A stretch of DNA of 32,000 nt. Origin: Paracoccus suum. Lineage in GTDB: Bacteria; Pseudomonadota; Alphaproteobacteria; Rhodobacterales; Rhodobacteraceae. Under the pieces are notes generated by a model. It made no database searches. It was not told the origin of the DNA and saw nothing but the letters and a program-made list of their open reading frames with translations. The number at the start of each line of letters is the position of its first letter. Position 1 is the stretch's first letter. The stretch is from NCBI RefSeq assembly GCF_003324675.1, contig NZ_CP030918.1, positions 1,410,001 to 1,442,000 on the forward strand. Reading direction: 5' to 3'. Made by a program: the position numbers and the translations under genes. Positions 25,267 through 32,000 of this stretch are shown piece by piece.

Positions 25267-26321
25267 GCCGCGGCCTCTTTGTCCAGCAGGGCACGTTTGC
25301 GTTCGACCCCCCAGCGATAGCCGGAAAGCGCGCCGTCGCTGCGCACCACGCGGTGGCAGGGAATCGCGACCGCGATCTGGTTGGCGGCGCAGGCCTGCGC
25401 CACGGCGCGGACCGATTTCGGCGCGCCGATCCCTCGGGCGATGTCTGCATAACTGGCCGTCTGGCCGGCTGGAATGTCCCGCAGCGCCTGCCACACCCGT
25501 TGCTGGAAGGCGGTCCCCCGGATGTCCAGCGGAAGGTCCAGTCCAGTTCCCGGCGCCTCGACAAAGCCCACGATCTGGGCGACGCGCGATTCGAACGCGG
25601 CATCGCCGCCGATCAGATCGGCGTGGGGAAAGCGGTCCTGGAGGCCGCGAACCAATGCCTCGGGGTCGTCCCCAAGCGCAATCGCGCAGATCCCCTTGTC
25701 AGTTTCGGCGACGAGGATCGGGCCGAGCACGCTCTCGCCCACGGCAAAGCGGATATGGCTGTCCTTGCCGCCTTGGCGAAAGGCCGTGGGTGTCATCCCC
25801 AGGACGTCGCGGGAGGCCTCATAGAACCGGCTGTTCGCGTTGTAGCCGGCCTCATAGATCGCTTCGGTCACGGTATTCTCCATGTCTTGCAGTCCGGCGC
25901 GCAGCTTGCGGGCGCGATGCGCCGCAGCCCAGGCGCGCGGCGTCAGGCCGGTGAGGGCCTTGAACTGGCGGTGGAAATAATGGCTGCTGAAACCGACCCT
26001 TGCGGCGAGCCTGTCCAGCTTTGGCATCTCGTCCGACGCCTCGATGATCCGGCAGGCCTCGGCGATGATCGCGGCGTTGGCCTCGGTTGCAGATTGTCCC
26101 TTTGGGTTGCAACGCAGGCAGGGGCGATAGCCCGCCCCCTCGGCCGCAGCCGGCCCGTCGTAGAAGTTGACATTGGCCGGTTTGGCCCGACGCGACGGGC
26201 AGGAGGGGCGGCAGTAGACACCGGTCGTTCGCACGGCAAAAACGAAGCTGCCGTCTGCGGTCGCGTCGCGGTCGACGACGCGTTGCCAGCGGGGGTCTTG
26301 CTCGGTCTGGGTAGGTTCCAT
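25263..26321 (-). CDS. ada: Bifunctional Ada: methylphosphotriester-DNA methyltransferase / AraC-type regulator / O6-methylguanine-DNA methyltransferase
   Basis: 352 aa. N-terminal zinc domain FVFAVRTTGVYCRPSCPSRRA...YRPCLRCNP. AraC HTH in the middle. C-terminal active site IPCHRVV. Confidence 0.9.
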   Translation of the reverse strand: MEPTQTEQDPRWQRVVDRDATADGSFVFAVRTTGVYCRPSCPSRRAKPANVNFYDGPAAAEGAGYRPCLRCNPKGQSATEANAAIIAEACRIIEASDEMPKLDRLAARVGFSSHYFHRQFKALTGLTPRAWAAAHRARKLRAGLQDMENTVTEAIYEAGYNANSRFYEASRDVLGMTPTAFRQGGKDSHIRFAVGESVLGPILVAETDKGICAIALGDDPEALVRGLQDRFPHADLIGGDAAFESRVAQIVGFVEAPGTGLDLPLDIRGTAFQQRVWQALRDIPAGQTASYADIARGIGAPKSVRAVAQACAANQIAVAIPCHRVVRSDGALSGYRWGVERKRALLDKEAAA

Positions 26322-26390
26322 GGCTGTCCCTCCGTATGTCGGGTGTCTTGCCTGGATATAGGCGAAGCTTGGACCCGGTCACTCCGGAGC

Positions 26391-26403
26391 TTGCTTTCAA
26401 ATC
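26391..26403 (-). promoter_or_regulatory. Candidate Ada box upstream of ada
   Basis: Minus strand reads GATTTGAAAGCAA, about 70 nt upstream of the ada ATG. It resembles the E. coli AAT-N6-GCAA / AAAGC Ada operator. A TATAT element lies about 30 nt downstream of it (26356-26360). Confidence 0.25.
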
Positions 26404-26505
26404 CGACGCGAGCGAGCAGTTCTGTCGTTGGCCCCGCGGGGCCATAAGCGTCCCACCGACCGGAATCGGCTGAACAGGGTCCCTCTTCTCGCCAGAAACC
26501 CGACG

Positions 26506-27081
26506 TCAGGCGGGAAGGTGCCCCAGACAGATATGACAGGCGGGCACCAAGGGCGGCGGCAGCTGGATCGCGGCAACCGTTGCCTCGTCATGAAAGCCGG
26601 CGATCAGCGCGGCGCCGAGGCCCGTCGCCGTCGCCGCCAGCAGGGCATTTTGCGCGGCGGCGCCCGCCTCGATCCATCCATAGCGCAGGCCCCGCTCGCC
26701 ATAGGGTGGCTGGTCTGCGAAATGGGTCGCGGCGGCCATCATGTCGACGCAGACCGTCAGGATGGCGGCGGCGTTCGCCAGCCACGGCTGTGGGCCGATC
26801 GCCGCCGCCTCGAGTGCGGGGCCATGATCGCCGGTCGCAAGCTTTTGCCACGGATCGGCGCAAGGATCGTAAATCCCGGTCTCGACCCCCGCGACGGCGC
26901 GCACAGCGAGGCGCAGGCGGAGGGGGTAAAGCGCATGGGCCGACGGCGCCGTGCGTCCCCCTTCCTGCCCGGTCGCGCCTTGCGCGGCCCAGATGACTTG
27001 GCGCACTACTTCGGCGGTGAGCGGCGCGTCCGAATACTCGCGAACGGTGCGCCTCAAGCGCAGGGCATCGAACAGGTCCAT
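26506..27081 (-). CDS. Nitroreductase-family (SagB-type dehydrogenase-like) protein
   Basis: 191 aa from the ATG at 27081: MDLFDALRLRRTVREYSDAPLT...PSAHALYP...QNALLAATATGLGA, the nitroreductase-fold pattern. GAGG-like ribosome-binding site upstream. Confidence 0.75.
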   Translation of the reverse strand: MDLFDALRLRRTVREYSDAPLTAEVVRQVIWAAQGATGQEGGRTAPSAHALYPLRLRLAVRAVAGVETGIYDPCADPWQKLATGDHGPALEAAAIGPQPWLANAAAILTVCVDMMAAATHFADQPPYGERGLRYGWIEAGAAAQNALLAATATGLGAALIAGFHDEATVAAIQLPPPLVPACHICLGHLPA

Positions 27082-27168
27082 GTCGGTTTGCCTCGCGTCG
27101 TTAGAGCGGGACACCTTACCCGCAGCACCACCGAAAGCGATCATTTGTCTCGCCGCAGACGCCGGAAC

Positions 27169-28494
27169 CTAGGGGTTTCCGCTTTCGTCGAACTGCACGC
27201 TCACGCGTAGCCCCGGTTTATTGTCAGCCAACTCCAGCTGGCCGCCGTGCAGCTTGGCGATGGCATCGACCAGCGACAGGCCAAGCCCGCTGCCGGGGGT
27301 CGAGCGGCTGCGGTCGAGGCGGTAAAGGCGGCGCAGCACAGCCTGGCGCTCGGTCTCCGGGATGCCGGGGCCGCGGTCGGCAACGGTAACCGTCGCTCCT
27401 TCAACGCTCAGCGCGACGGGGCAGGGTGCACTGTGTCGCAATGCGTTTTCGAGCAGGTTGGTCACGAGTTGCCCCAGAAGGGTGCGGTCGCCGCGGATTG
27501 TCGCGGGGCGATCCAGCGACAGTGTCAGGCTATGGCCGCTTTCCTCGGCCGCCGGCTCGAAAAGCTCGGCCATCGTCGCGACCAGCGGGCCGAGCGCGAC
27601 CGGGGCGAAGCGGGCGCGGGGGCTGCCGCCCTCGATCTGGGCGATACGGAGCAGCGCCTCGAAGGTGGCGACGATGCCCTGCATCTCGTCCGCCGCGCGG
27701 TCCAGCGACTCGAGGTCCGGAGCCTCGGCCCGTGCGCGGTCCAACAATACCGATAGCCGCTGGATCGGTGTTTTCAGATCGTGGGCGATGTCGGCCGAAA
27801 CCTGGCGCAGGGCGGCGCTCGACGCCTCTTGCGCGGCCGCCAGTCTGTCGATGCCGGCGCCGACCCGGCTGAGATCGTCGGCCGGGCCGGGCATCGGCGG
27901 CAGGCGCGCAGCCAGATCGCCCGCCGTCAGCCGCGCCAGGGTGGCCTCGATGGCGGTCGAGCGGTTGGCCGCCCTTCGCGCGATCAGCAGGCCGCCGGCC
28001 AGCACGATCAGCGCGGTCGGCAGCATGGCAAAGGCCAGCACCCGCGAGAAGATCTCGCGCAACTCGTCAAAGGCATCGGCTCCCTGGCCCACAGTTAGCG
28101 TCCCGCCGGGCACCGGCTCGCTCAGCAGGACATAGGCGCCGTCGACGTCGCGCACCTCATCCTCCAGCACTGCCTGGCGGATCCGGCCGTCGGGCAGGGG
28201 GCCCTGGTAATTACCGACCGCACCCTGCGCTCCGTCATACCGAACGATCAGGTGGTCGGGATCGGCGGTTGCCGCTACGCCCCGGACCGCGGCTGCAATG
28301 CCCTCGGGCTGACCCGAGGCAGTCAACTCGCCAATCTCCTGCTCCAGCGTGGTTTCGATCGCAGCGAGCAGGGTCTTGTTGGTCAGCCACCAGGCCGCGG
28401 CAAAGGCCAGCAGGCTGACCAGCACGAACAGCGCGACCAGCCGCATCGTCAGGCGCATTGGCGTGGTGCGCCAGACTGCGCCCCAATGGCTCAC
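27169..28494 (-). CDS. Two-component sensor histidine kinase (two TM helices, HAMP, HisKA, HATPase_c)
   Basis: 441 aa. H-box SADIAHDLKTPIQRL, N-box LVTNLLENALRHS, G-boxes DRGPGIP and GSGLGLSLV. GTG start overlapping the response-regulator stop (GTGA). Confidence 0.88.
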   Translation of the reverse strand: MSHWGAVWRTTPMRLTMRLVALFVLVSLLAFAAAWWLTNKTLLAAIETTLEQEIGELTASGQPEGIAAAVRGVAATADPDHLIVRYDGAQGAVGNYQGPLPDGRIRQAVLEDEVRDVDGAYVLLSEPVPGGTLTVGQGADAFDELREIFSRVLAFAMLPTALIVLAGGLLIARRAANRSTAIEATLARLTAGDLAARLPPMPGPADDLSRVGAGIDRLAAAQEASSAALRQVSADIAHDLKTPIQRLSVLLDRARAEAPDLESLDRAADEMQGIVATFEALLRIAQIEGGSPRARFAPVALGPLVATMAELFEPAAEESGHSLTLSLDRPATIRGDRTLLGQLVTNLLENALRHSAPCPVALSVEGATVTVADRGPGIPETERQAVLRRLYRLDRSRSTPGSGLGLSLVDAIAKLHGGQLELADNKPGLRVSVQFDESGNP

Positions 28495-29162
28495 GGGTCG
28501 ATCCGATAGCCGGCACCGCGCACCGTCTGGATGATCTCGGTCGCGAATGGCTTGTCCACCTTGGCCCGCAATCGCGAGATGTGGCTTTCCACGACATTGG
28601 TCTGCGGGTCGAAGTTGAGGTCCCAGACCGCCTCAAGCAGCATGGTACGGGTCTGCACCCGGCCCTTGCGGCGCATCAGGCATTCGAGCAGCGCAAACTC
28701 GCGCGGTAGCAGGTCGATCCCCTCGCCTGCCCGCGTCACCCTGCGGCGGATCAGGTCCATGCGCAGATCGCCTGCGGTCAGGATGGCCTCGGTCTCCTGC
28801 ATCTGCGGGCGGCGGGCGAGCGCATTGATCCGGGCCGAAAGCTCGCCAAAGGCGAAGGGCTTGACCAGGTAATCGTCGCCACCGGCGTTCAGCCCCTCGA
28901 TCCGGTCATCGACGCCGCCGAGCGCGGTCAGAAAGATCGCGGGCGTCAGATTCTTTGCCGCTCTCAAGGTCCGCACCAGCGACAGCCCGTCCAGGTCGGG
29001 CAACATCCGGTCCACTACCAGAACGTCGAAATCATTGGTCTGCGCGGTGATCAACCCCTCGCGACCGTTTTGGCTTAGATCAACTGCATGCCCTTCCTGG
29101 CGCAGTCCCTGCACGAGGTAATCGGCGGTGGTGCGATCATCCTCGATAACCAGAATGCGCAT
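28491..29162 (-). CDS. OmpR/PhoB-family response regulator
   Basis: 223 aa from the ATG at 29162: MRILVIEDDRTTADYLVQGL...DVLVVDRMLPDLDG...LTA...KPF. Winged-helix C-terminus ...VESHISRLRAKVD...IQTVRGAGYRI. Confidence 0.92.
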   Translation of the reverse strand: MRILVIEDDRTTADYLVQGLRQEGHAVDLSQNGREGLITAQTNDFDVLVVDRMLPDLDGLSLVRTLRAAKNLTPAIFLTALGGVDDRIEGLNAGGDDYLVKPFAFGELSARINALARRPQMQETEAILTAGDLRMDLIRRRVTRAGEGIDLLPREFALLECLMRRKGRVQTRTMLLEAVWDLNFDPQTNVVESHISRLRAKVDKPFATEIIQTVRGAGYRIDP

Positions 29163-29180
29163 CGCTGTCCTTCCAGTTGG

Positions 29181-29201
29181 GCCGGCCCTGAACGGGCCGG
29201 C
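29181..29201 (-). terminator. GC-rich stem-loop between the PepSY gene and the response regulator (possible attenuator or RNA-stability element)
   Basis: GCCGGCCC-TGAAC-GGGCCGGC: a perfect 8-bp stem with a 5-nt loop in the 58-nt intergenic gap. No U-tract follows on the coding (minus) strand, so it is not a canonical intrinsic terminator. Confidence 0.3.
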
Positions 29202-29220
29202 AGTCATTTGCGCGTCACGT

Positions 29221-29799
29221 TCAGCCTTCAGCGTCGTTTTCGCCACCCTCGTCGTCGCCCTGACCTTCCACCACCGGCGTCAGCTTGTGGTCAGCGGGGT
29301 TCATGAGGAAGTCGTGGATGGTTCCGTCGGCTTTGACAATCTCGACCGCGATGCCGAGGTTCTTGCCGTCCTCACGCTCATAGTCGATCGACATGACCTT
29401 GCCGTCGCCAGCGGTCTCTGCCGCGGTTGCCAGATCGGACAGGGGCGCCCCCAGGAGTTCGGGCGTGACTGCCTCGGTCTTGTCCTTGTCGCCCGTATCC
29501 TGGTCCTTGACGACTTGCCCGGTCGCGGCGTCGACTTTGACCTCCGCGCTACCAGCAGCGGTGAGAGTCATGACGTCCCACGATCCGGTGCCGTCGTGGT
29601 CGTCGAACTCTGCCTCGACTGCCTTGCCGCCGGTTGCACCTTCGGCAGATGCGATTGCGGCGTGGACGTCTTGCGTGGCCTTCTGGAACAGCGCGACCTC
29701 GGCCGGATCATTCTTGCCGCCAGCCCAGGCCGCGCCGACTCCGAGGGCGGCGGCCGACACCATGGTTCCGGTGAGAAGCGTGATGATGCTGCGTTTCAT
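29221..29799 (-). CDS. Secreted PepSY-domain protein with acidic C-terminal tail
   Basis: 192 aa with a signal peptide, MKRSIITLLTGTMVSAAALGVGAAWA. Two PepSY-like repeats (...AIASAEGATGGKAVEAEFDDHDG... and ...AAETAGDGKVMSIDYEREDG...). GAGGAG ribosome-binding site. The PepSY-RR-HK arrangement is common. Confidence 0.8.
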   Translation of the reverse strand: MKRSIITLLTGTMVSAAALGVGAAWAGGKNDPAEVALFQKATQDVHAAIASAEGATGGKAVEAEFDDHDGTGSWDVMTLTAAGSAEVKVDAATGQVVKDQDTGDKDKTEAVTPELLGAPLSDLATAAETAGDGKVMSIDYEREDGKNLGIAVEIVKADGTIHDFLMNPADHKLTPVVEGQGDDEGGENDAEG

Positions 29800-30165
29800 T
29801 CCTGTGTCTCCTCAGTGGGCGGCCGGCGTTCTGCCTGCCGCTGAGGGAAAGATGAGATGCGTGACTGACGCGCAAATCGCGGGAGCATTATCTGTGCGTA
29901 ACCTCAGATATCGCCGGCGGGCCCGGCTCTAAAAGTGCGCGATGGGCGGTCGCCGGTGCGTTCGGTGGACCGGGCGCCGGCCGTCCGTGAACTCCGTAGC
30001 CCAGTCAACTTCGACCATCCTGCGCCCTGAAGGCCGCCGTAACCGATGGATCGGCCACAAAAATTTCACCTTTCATTACAGAAATACAATCTTCGCCCGA
30101 ACTGCCCGTCACATCGGACATCCATTCTGCGGCTTGGCGGCATCCTGCTGCGGATGAGGTTCATC
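29800..30165. promoter_or_regulatory. Divergent promoter region between the PepSY/two-component operon and the membrane-protein/PAP2 operon
   Basis: 366-bp non-coding gap with a locally AT-rich stretch (30055-30100, aaaaatttcacctttcattacagaaatacaatcttc). That stretch contains TTCA/TTACA-type direct repeats of the kind bound by OmpR-family regulators. Dyad CCGAT-GG-ATCGG at about 30043-30054. Confidence 0.35.
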
Positions 30166-30954
30166 ATGTCGAATATGCGGGCAACCAGGCCCTTCGCGCG
30201 CACCCTTTTCAACAAGGTGCCCGAGGTGACGGCCATCTTCTGGGCCATCAAGATCATGGCGACGACCCTCGGCGAGACCGGGGCCGATTACCTGATCTTC
30301 AAGATGAAGCTCGGCCTGCCGGTGACCTCGGCGCTGATGTTGGGCGTGCTGGCCCTCGTTCTTGCCCTGCAGTTCAGGACCGACCGCTACCGCCCCTGGG
30401 TCTACTGGCCGGCGGTCACGATGATCTCGATCGTCGGTACGCTGATTACCGACAGCCTTGTCGACACCTATGGCGTGCCGCTGACGGTCACGACCGCCGC
30501 CTTTGCGGCGGCGCTGATCGCCACCTTCGCGATCTGGTATCTGCGCGAGCGCACCCTGTCGATACATGCCATCGACACCCCCGCCCGCGAAGGGTTCTAC
30601 TGGCTGGCGATCCTGTTCACCTTCGCGCTGGGCACGGCGGCGGGCGATCTGATGGCCGAGCGTCTGGGCCTCGGCTACCTGCCCTCGGCGCGGATCTTTG
30701 GCGCAGGCATCGCGGCAGTCTTCGCGGCATGGCGCATCGGTGCGATCGGTCCGGTGCTGGCCTTCTGGATCGCTTATGTGCTGACCCGGCCCCTGGGCGC
30801 GAGCTTCGGCGACTTCCTGGCCCAGCCGGTCGCGAATGGCGGCCTCGGCCTTGGCACGGTGCTGACCAGCGAGACGTTCTTGGTCGCCATCCTCGGGCTG
30901 GTCGCCTATCTGGCGATCAGCCGCATCGACCTTGAACAATCCCGCCGGGCCTGA
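30166..30954 (+). CDS. Polytopic inner-membrane protein of unknown function (COG4705-like)
   Basis: 262 aa from the ATG at 30166, with a GAGG ribosome-binding site 5 nt upstream. MSNMRATRPFARTLFNKVPEVTAIFWAIKIMATTLGETGADYL... followed by about 7 hydrophobic helices. Confidence 0.75.
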   Translation: MSNMRATRPFARTLFNKVPEVTAIFWAIKIMATTLGETGADYLIFKMKLGLPVTSALMLGVLALVLALQFRTDRYRPWVYWPAVTMISIVGTLITDSLVDTYGVPLTVTTAAFAAALIATFAIWYLRERTLSIHAIDTPAREGFYWLAILFTFALGTAAGDLMAERLGLGYLPSARIFGAGIAAVFAAWRIGAIGPVLAFWIAYVLTRPLGASFGDFLAQPVANGGLGLGTVLTSETFLVAILGLVAYLAISRIDLEQSRRA

Positions 30955-30958
30955 GCGC

Positions 30959-31717
30959 ATGGGCCCGGACATTCTCGCCCGCCGGCTCATCGCCGGCTCG
31001 ATCATCGGACTGCTGATTGCCGTGGCCTTTTTCGCGGCAATGCCGCAGGCCGATCTGGCGGTCAGCAACCTCTTCGGCACCGTCAAGGGCTTTCCGGTCG
31101 CGCATCAGCCATTATGGGTCGCGATGCGCAACGGCTTCATCCTGACGACCGACGGCACGATGATCGCGCTGCTCCTGATACTGGTTCATAACTTGGTGCG
31201 CCCCGCCCGGGCGCGGCTGGAAAATCGCGCGATCAGCTTTGCCTTGCTGTCCTACGCCCTCGGGCCTGGGTTGGTCGCCAATGGCATCTTCAAGTCGTTC
31301 TGGGGCCGGGCGCGCCCGCGCAACATCCTGGAGTTTGGCGGACAGCACCTCTATTCCTCGCCGCTGCTGCCGTCCGACCAGTGCAGCGTGAATTGCAGCT
31401 TTGTTTCGGGCGAGGGCAGCGCGGTGACCGCACTCGCGCTGGTCGCCCTGTTGCTGGCCTGGCCGCGGCTTGGACGAGACCAGCGGATCTGGGCGGTGGT
31501 GGCCGCCCTCCTTTATGCGGGCTGCGGCTCGATCCTGCGGGTCGTCTTTGGCGGCCACTTCCTCAGCGATGTCATCTTTGCCGCGCTGATGATGGGGATC
31601 GTCGTGCCCACCACCTACATCGTCGTGTTCAGCCGCGAGACGGATCGCAGTGCCTTCCGGTTTGGCAGACGGGTAAAGGCAGACGCCCGGCTGGCTCGGC
31701 CGGAAACGGCCGCCTAG
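30959..31717 (+). CDS. PAP2-superfamily membrane phosphatase (LpxE/LpxF/PgpB-like)
   Basis: 252 aa. Acid-phosphatase motifs KSFWGRARP (KX6RP) and RVVFGGHFLSD (RX5HX3D). The middle motif reads SGE (FVSGEGS) instead of PSGH. Confidence 0.8.
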   Translation: MGPDILARRLIAGSIIGLLIAVAFFAAMPQADLAVSNLFGTVKGFPVAHQPLWVAMRNGFILTTDGTMIALLLILVHNLVRPARARLENRAISFALLSYALGPGLVANGIFKSFWGRARPRNILEFGGQHLYSSPLLPSDQCSVNCSFVSGEGSAVTALALVALLLAWPRLGRDQRIWAVVAALLYAGCGSILRVVFGGHFLSDVIFAALMMGIVVPTTYIVVFSRETDRSAFRFGRRVKADARLARPETAA

Positions 31718-32000
31718 CTGGACAGATCGGCCAAGCCTGCCCTGACCGACGGCCGGATGCGCGTCGTTCGCAGCGTCCGGCGCATCAGCATTGGGGTCAG
31801 CAGGCGCCCGATGAGTCCCTGCGGGATCGGCGCCACCAATGCGCGAGAGGCGAGCGTGCTGCGGCGGACCTGTCCGGCCAGATCGCGCGCCAGCTTTCGC
31901 TGGTAATCCTCTGCGCTGCGCCCGGCCTCAAACCATTCTACGGCGTGTCGGGCGCTGTGCAGGGCGAGGGACATTCCTTCGCCGGTAAAGGACGGAATTA
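31714..32000 (-). CDS. FAD-dependent oxidoreductase (geranylgeranyl-reductase-like), C-terminal end only; gene continues beyond the right edge
   Basis: The frame is open upstream of the listed ATG to the window edge: ...IPSFTGEGMSLALHSARHAVEWFEAG.... The TGEG.S.AL motif is typical of the C-terminal FAD-binding region of this family. Its stop overlaps the PAP2 gene stop (convergent). Confidence 0.6.
   Translation of the reverse strand, partial: IPSFTGEGMSLALHSARHAVEWFEAGRSAEDYQRKLARDLAGQVRRSTLASRALVAPIPQGLIGRLLTPMLMRRTLRTTRIRPSVRAGLADLSS

Noticed and set aside
26430-26443. Palindrome GGCCCCGCGGGGCC downstream of the nitroreductase gene, considered as a terminator.
   Set aside because: The effective loop is only 2-4 nt, no U-tract follows, and such GC palindromes are frequent by chance at this base composition.
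1-32000. CRISPR arrays, tandem or interspersed repeats, IS elements, toxin-antitoxin or defence-system gene pairs.
   Set aside because: Reading both strands, I saw no spaced direct repeats, no terminal inverted repeats flanking a transposase-like ORF, and no small overlapping gene pairs of TA type. Every sizeable ORF with gene-like composition has an ordinary metabolic, regulatory or transport assignment.

Overview
Very GC-rich chromosomal segment that looks alphaproteobacterial (Rhodobacterales/Rhizobiales-like gene content and synteny). I found no CRISPR array, transposase, integrase, phage gene or recognisable defence system.

Layout:
(1) 1-2930: housekeeping block infA-maf-RNase E/G-yacG, ending in tRNA-Phe(GAA).
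(2) 3021-10168: a LysR-controlled aminophosphonate module. It holds a 2-aminoethylphosphonate-type ABC importer, a class-III aminotransferase-fold PLP enzyme and a convergent phosphonoacetaldehyde hydrolase (phnX). No phnW is present.
(3) 10704-11585: an endonuclease/exonuclease/phosphatase (EEP) family gene.
(4) 11633-22363: a complete-looking C-P lyase region on the minus strand. It comprises phnFGHIJKLM and phnCDEE plus a hexapeptide acyltransferase, almost all translationally coupled.
(5) 22521-24365: a divergent EamA exporter / ArsR-family regulator pair.
(6) 24517-26321: ada translationally coupled to a non-AlkB 2OG-Fe(II) oxygenase.
(7) 26506-27081: a nitroreductase-family gene.
(8) 27169-31717: a PepSY / OmpR-type response regulator / histidine kinase operon, divergent from a polytopic membrane protein and a PAP2 phosphatase.
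(9) The C-terminal end of a FAD-dependent oxidoreductase at the right edge.

Most of this is ordinary, well-understood biology. The most unusual observation is that the otherwise well-conserved PhnJ appears to have lost three of the four C-terminal cysteines that form the Fe-S/thiyl-radical site of C-P lyase. Second-tier observations:
- the phnW-less phosphonatase module, possibly a PbfA-type lyase route
- a 535-bp structured non-coding region upstream of phnX
- the EEP gene lying between the two phosphonate pathways
- a large hydrophilic insertion in the fused ABC permease

All homology calls are by eye and from memory. No searches were run.
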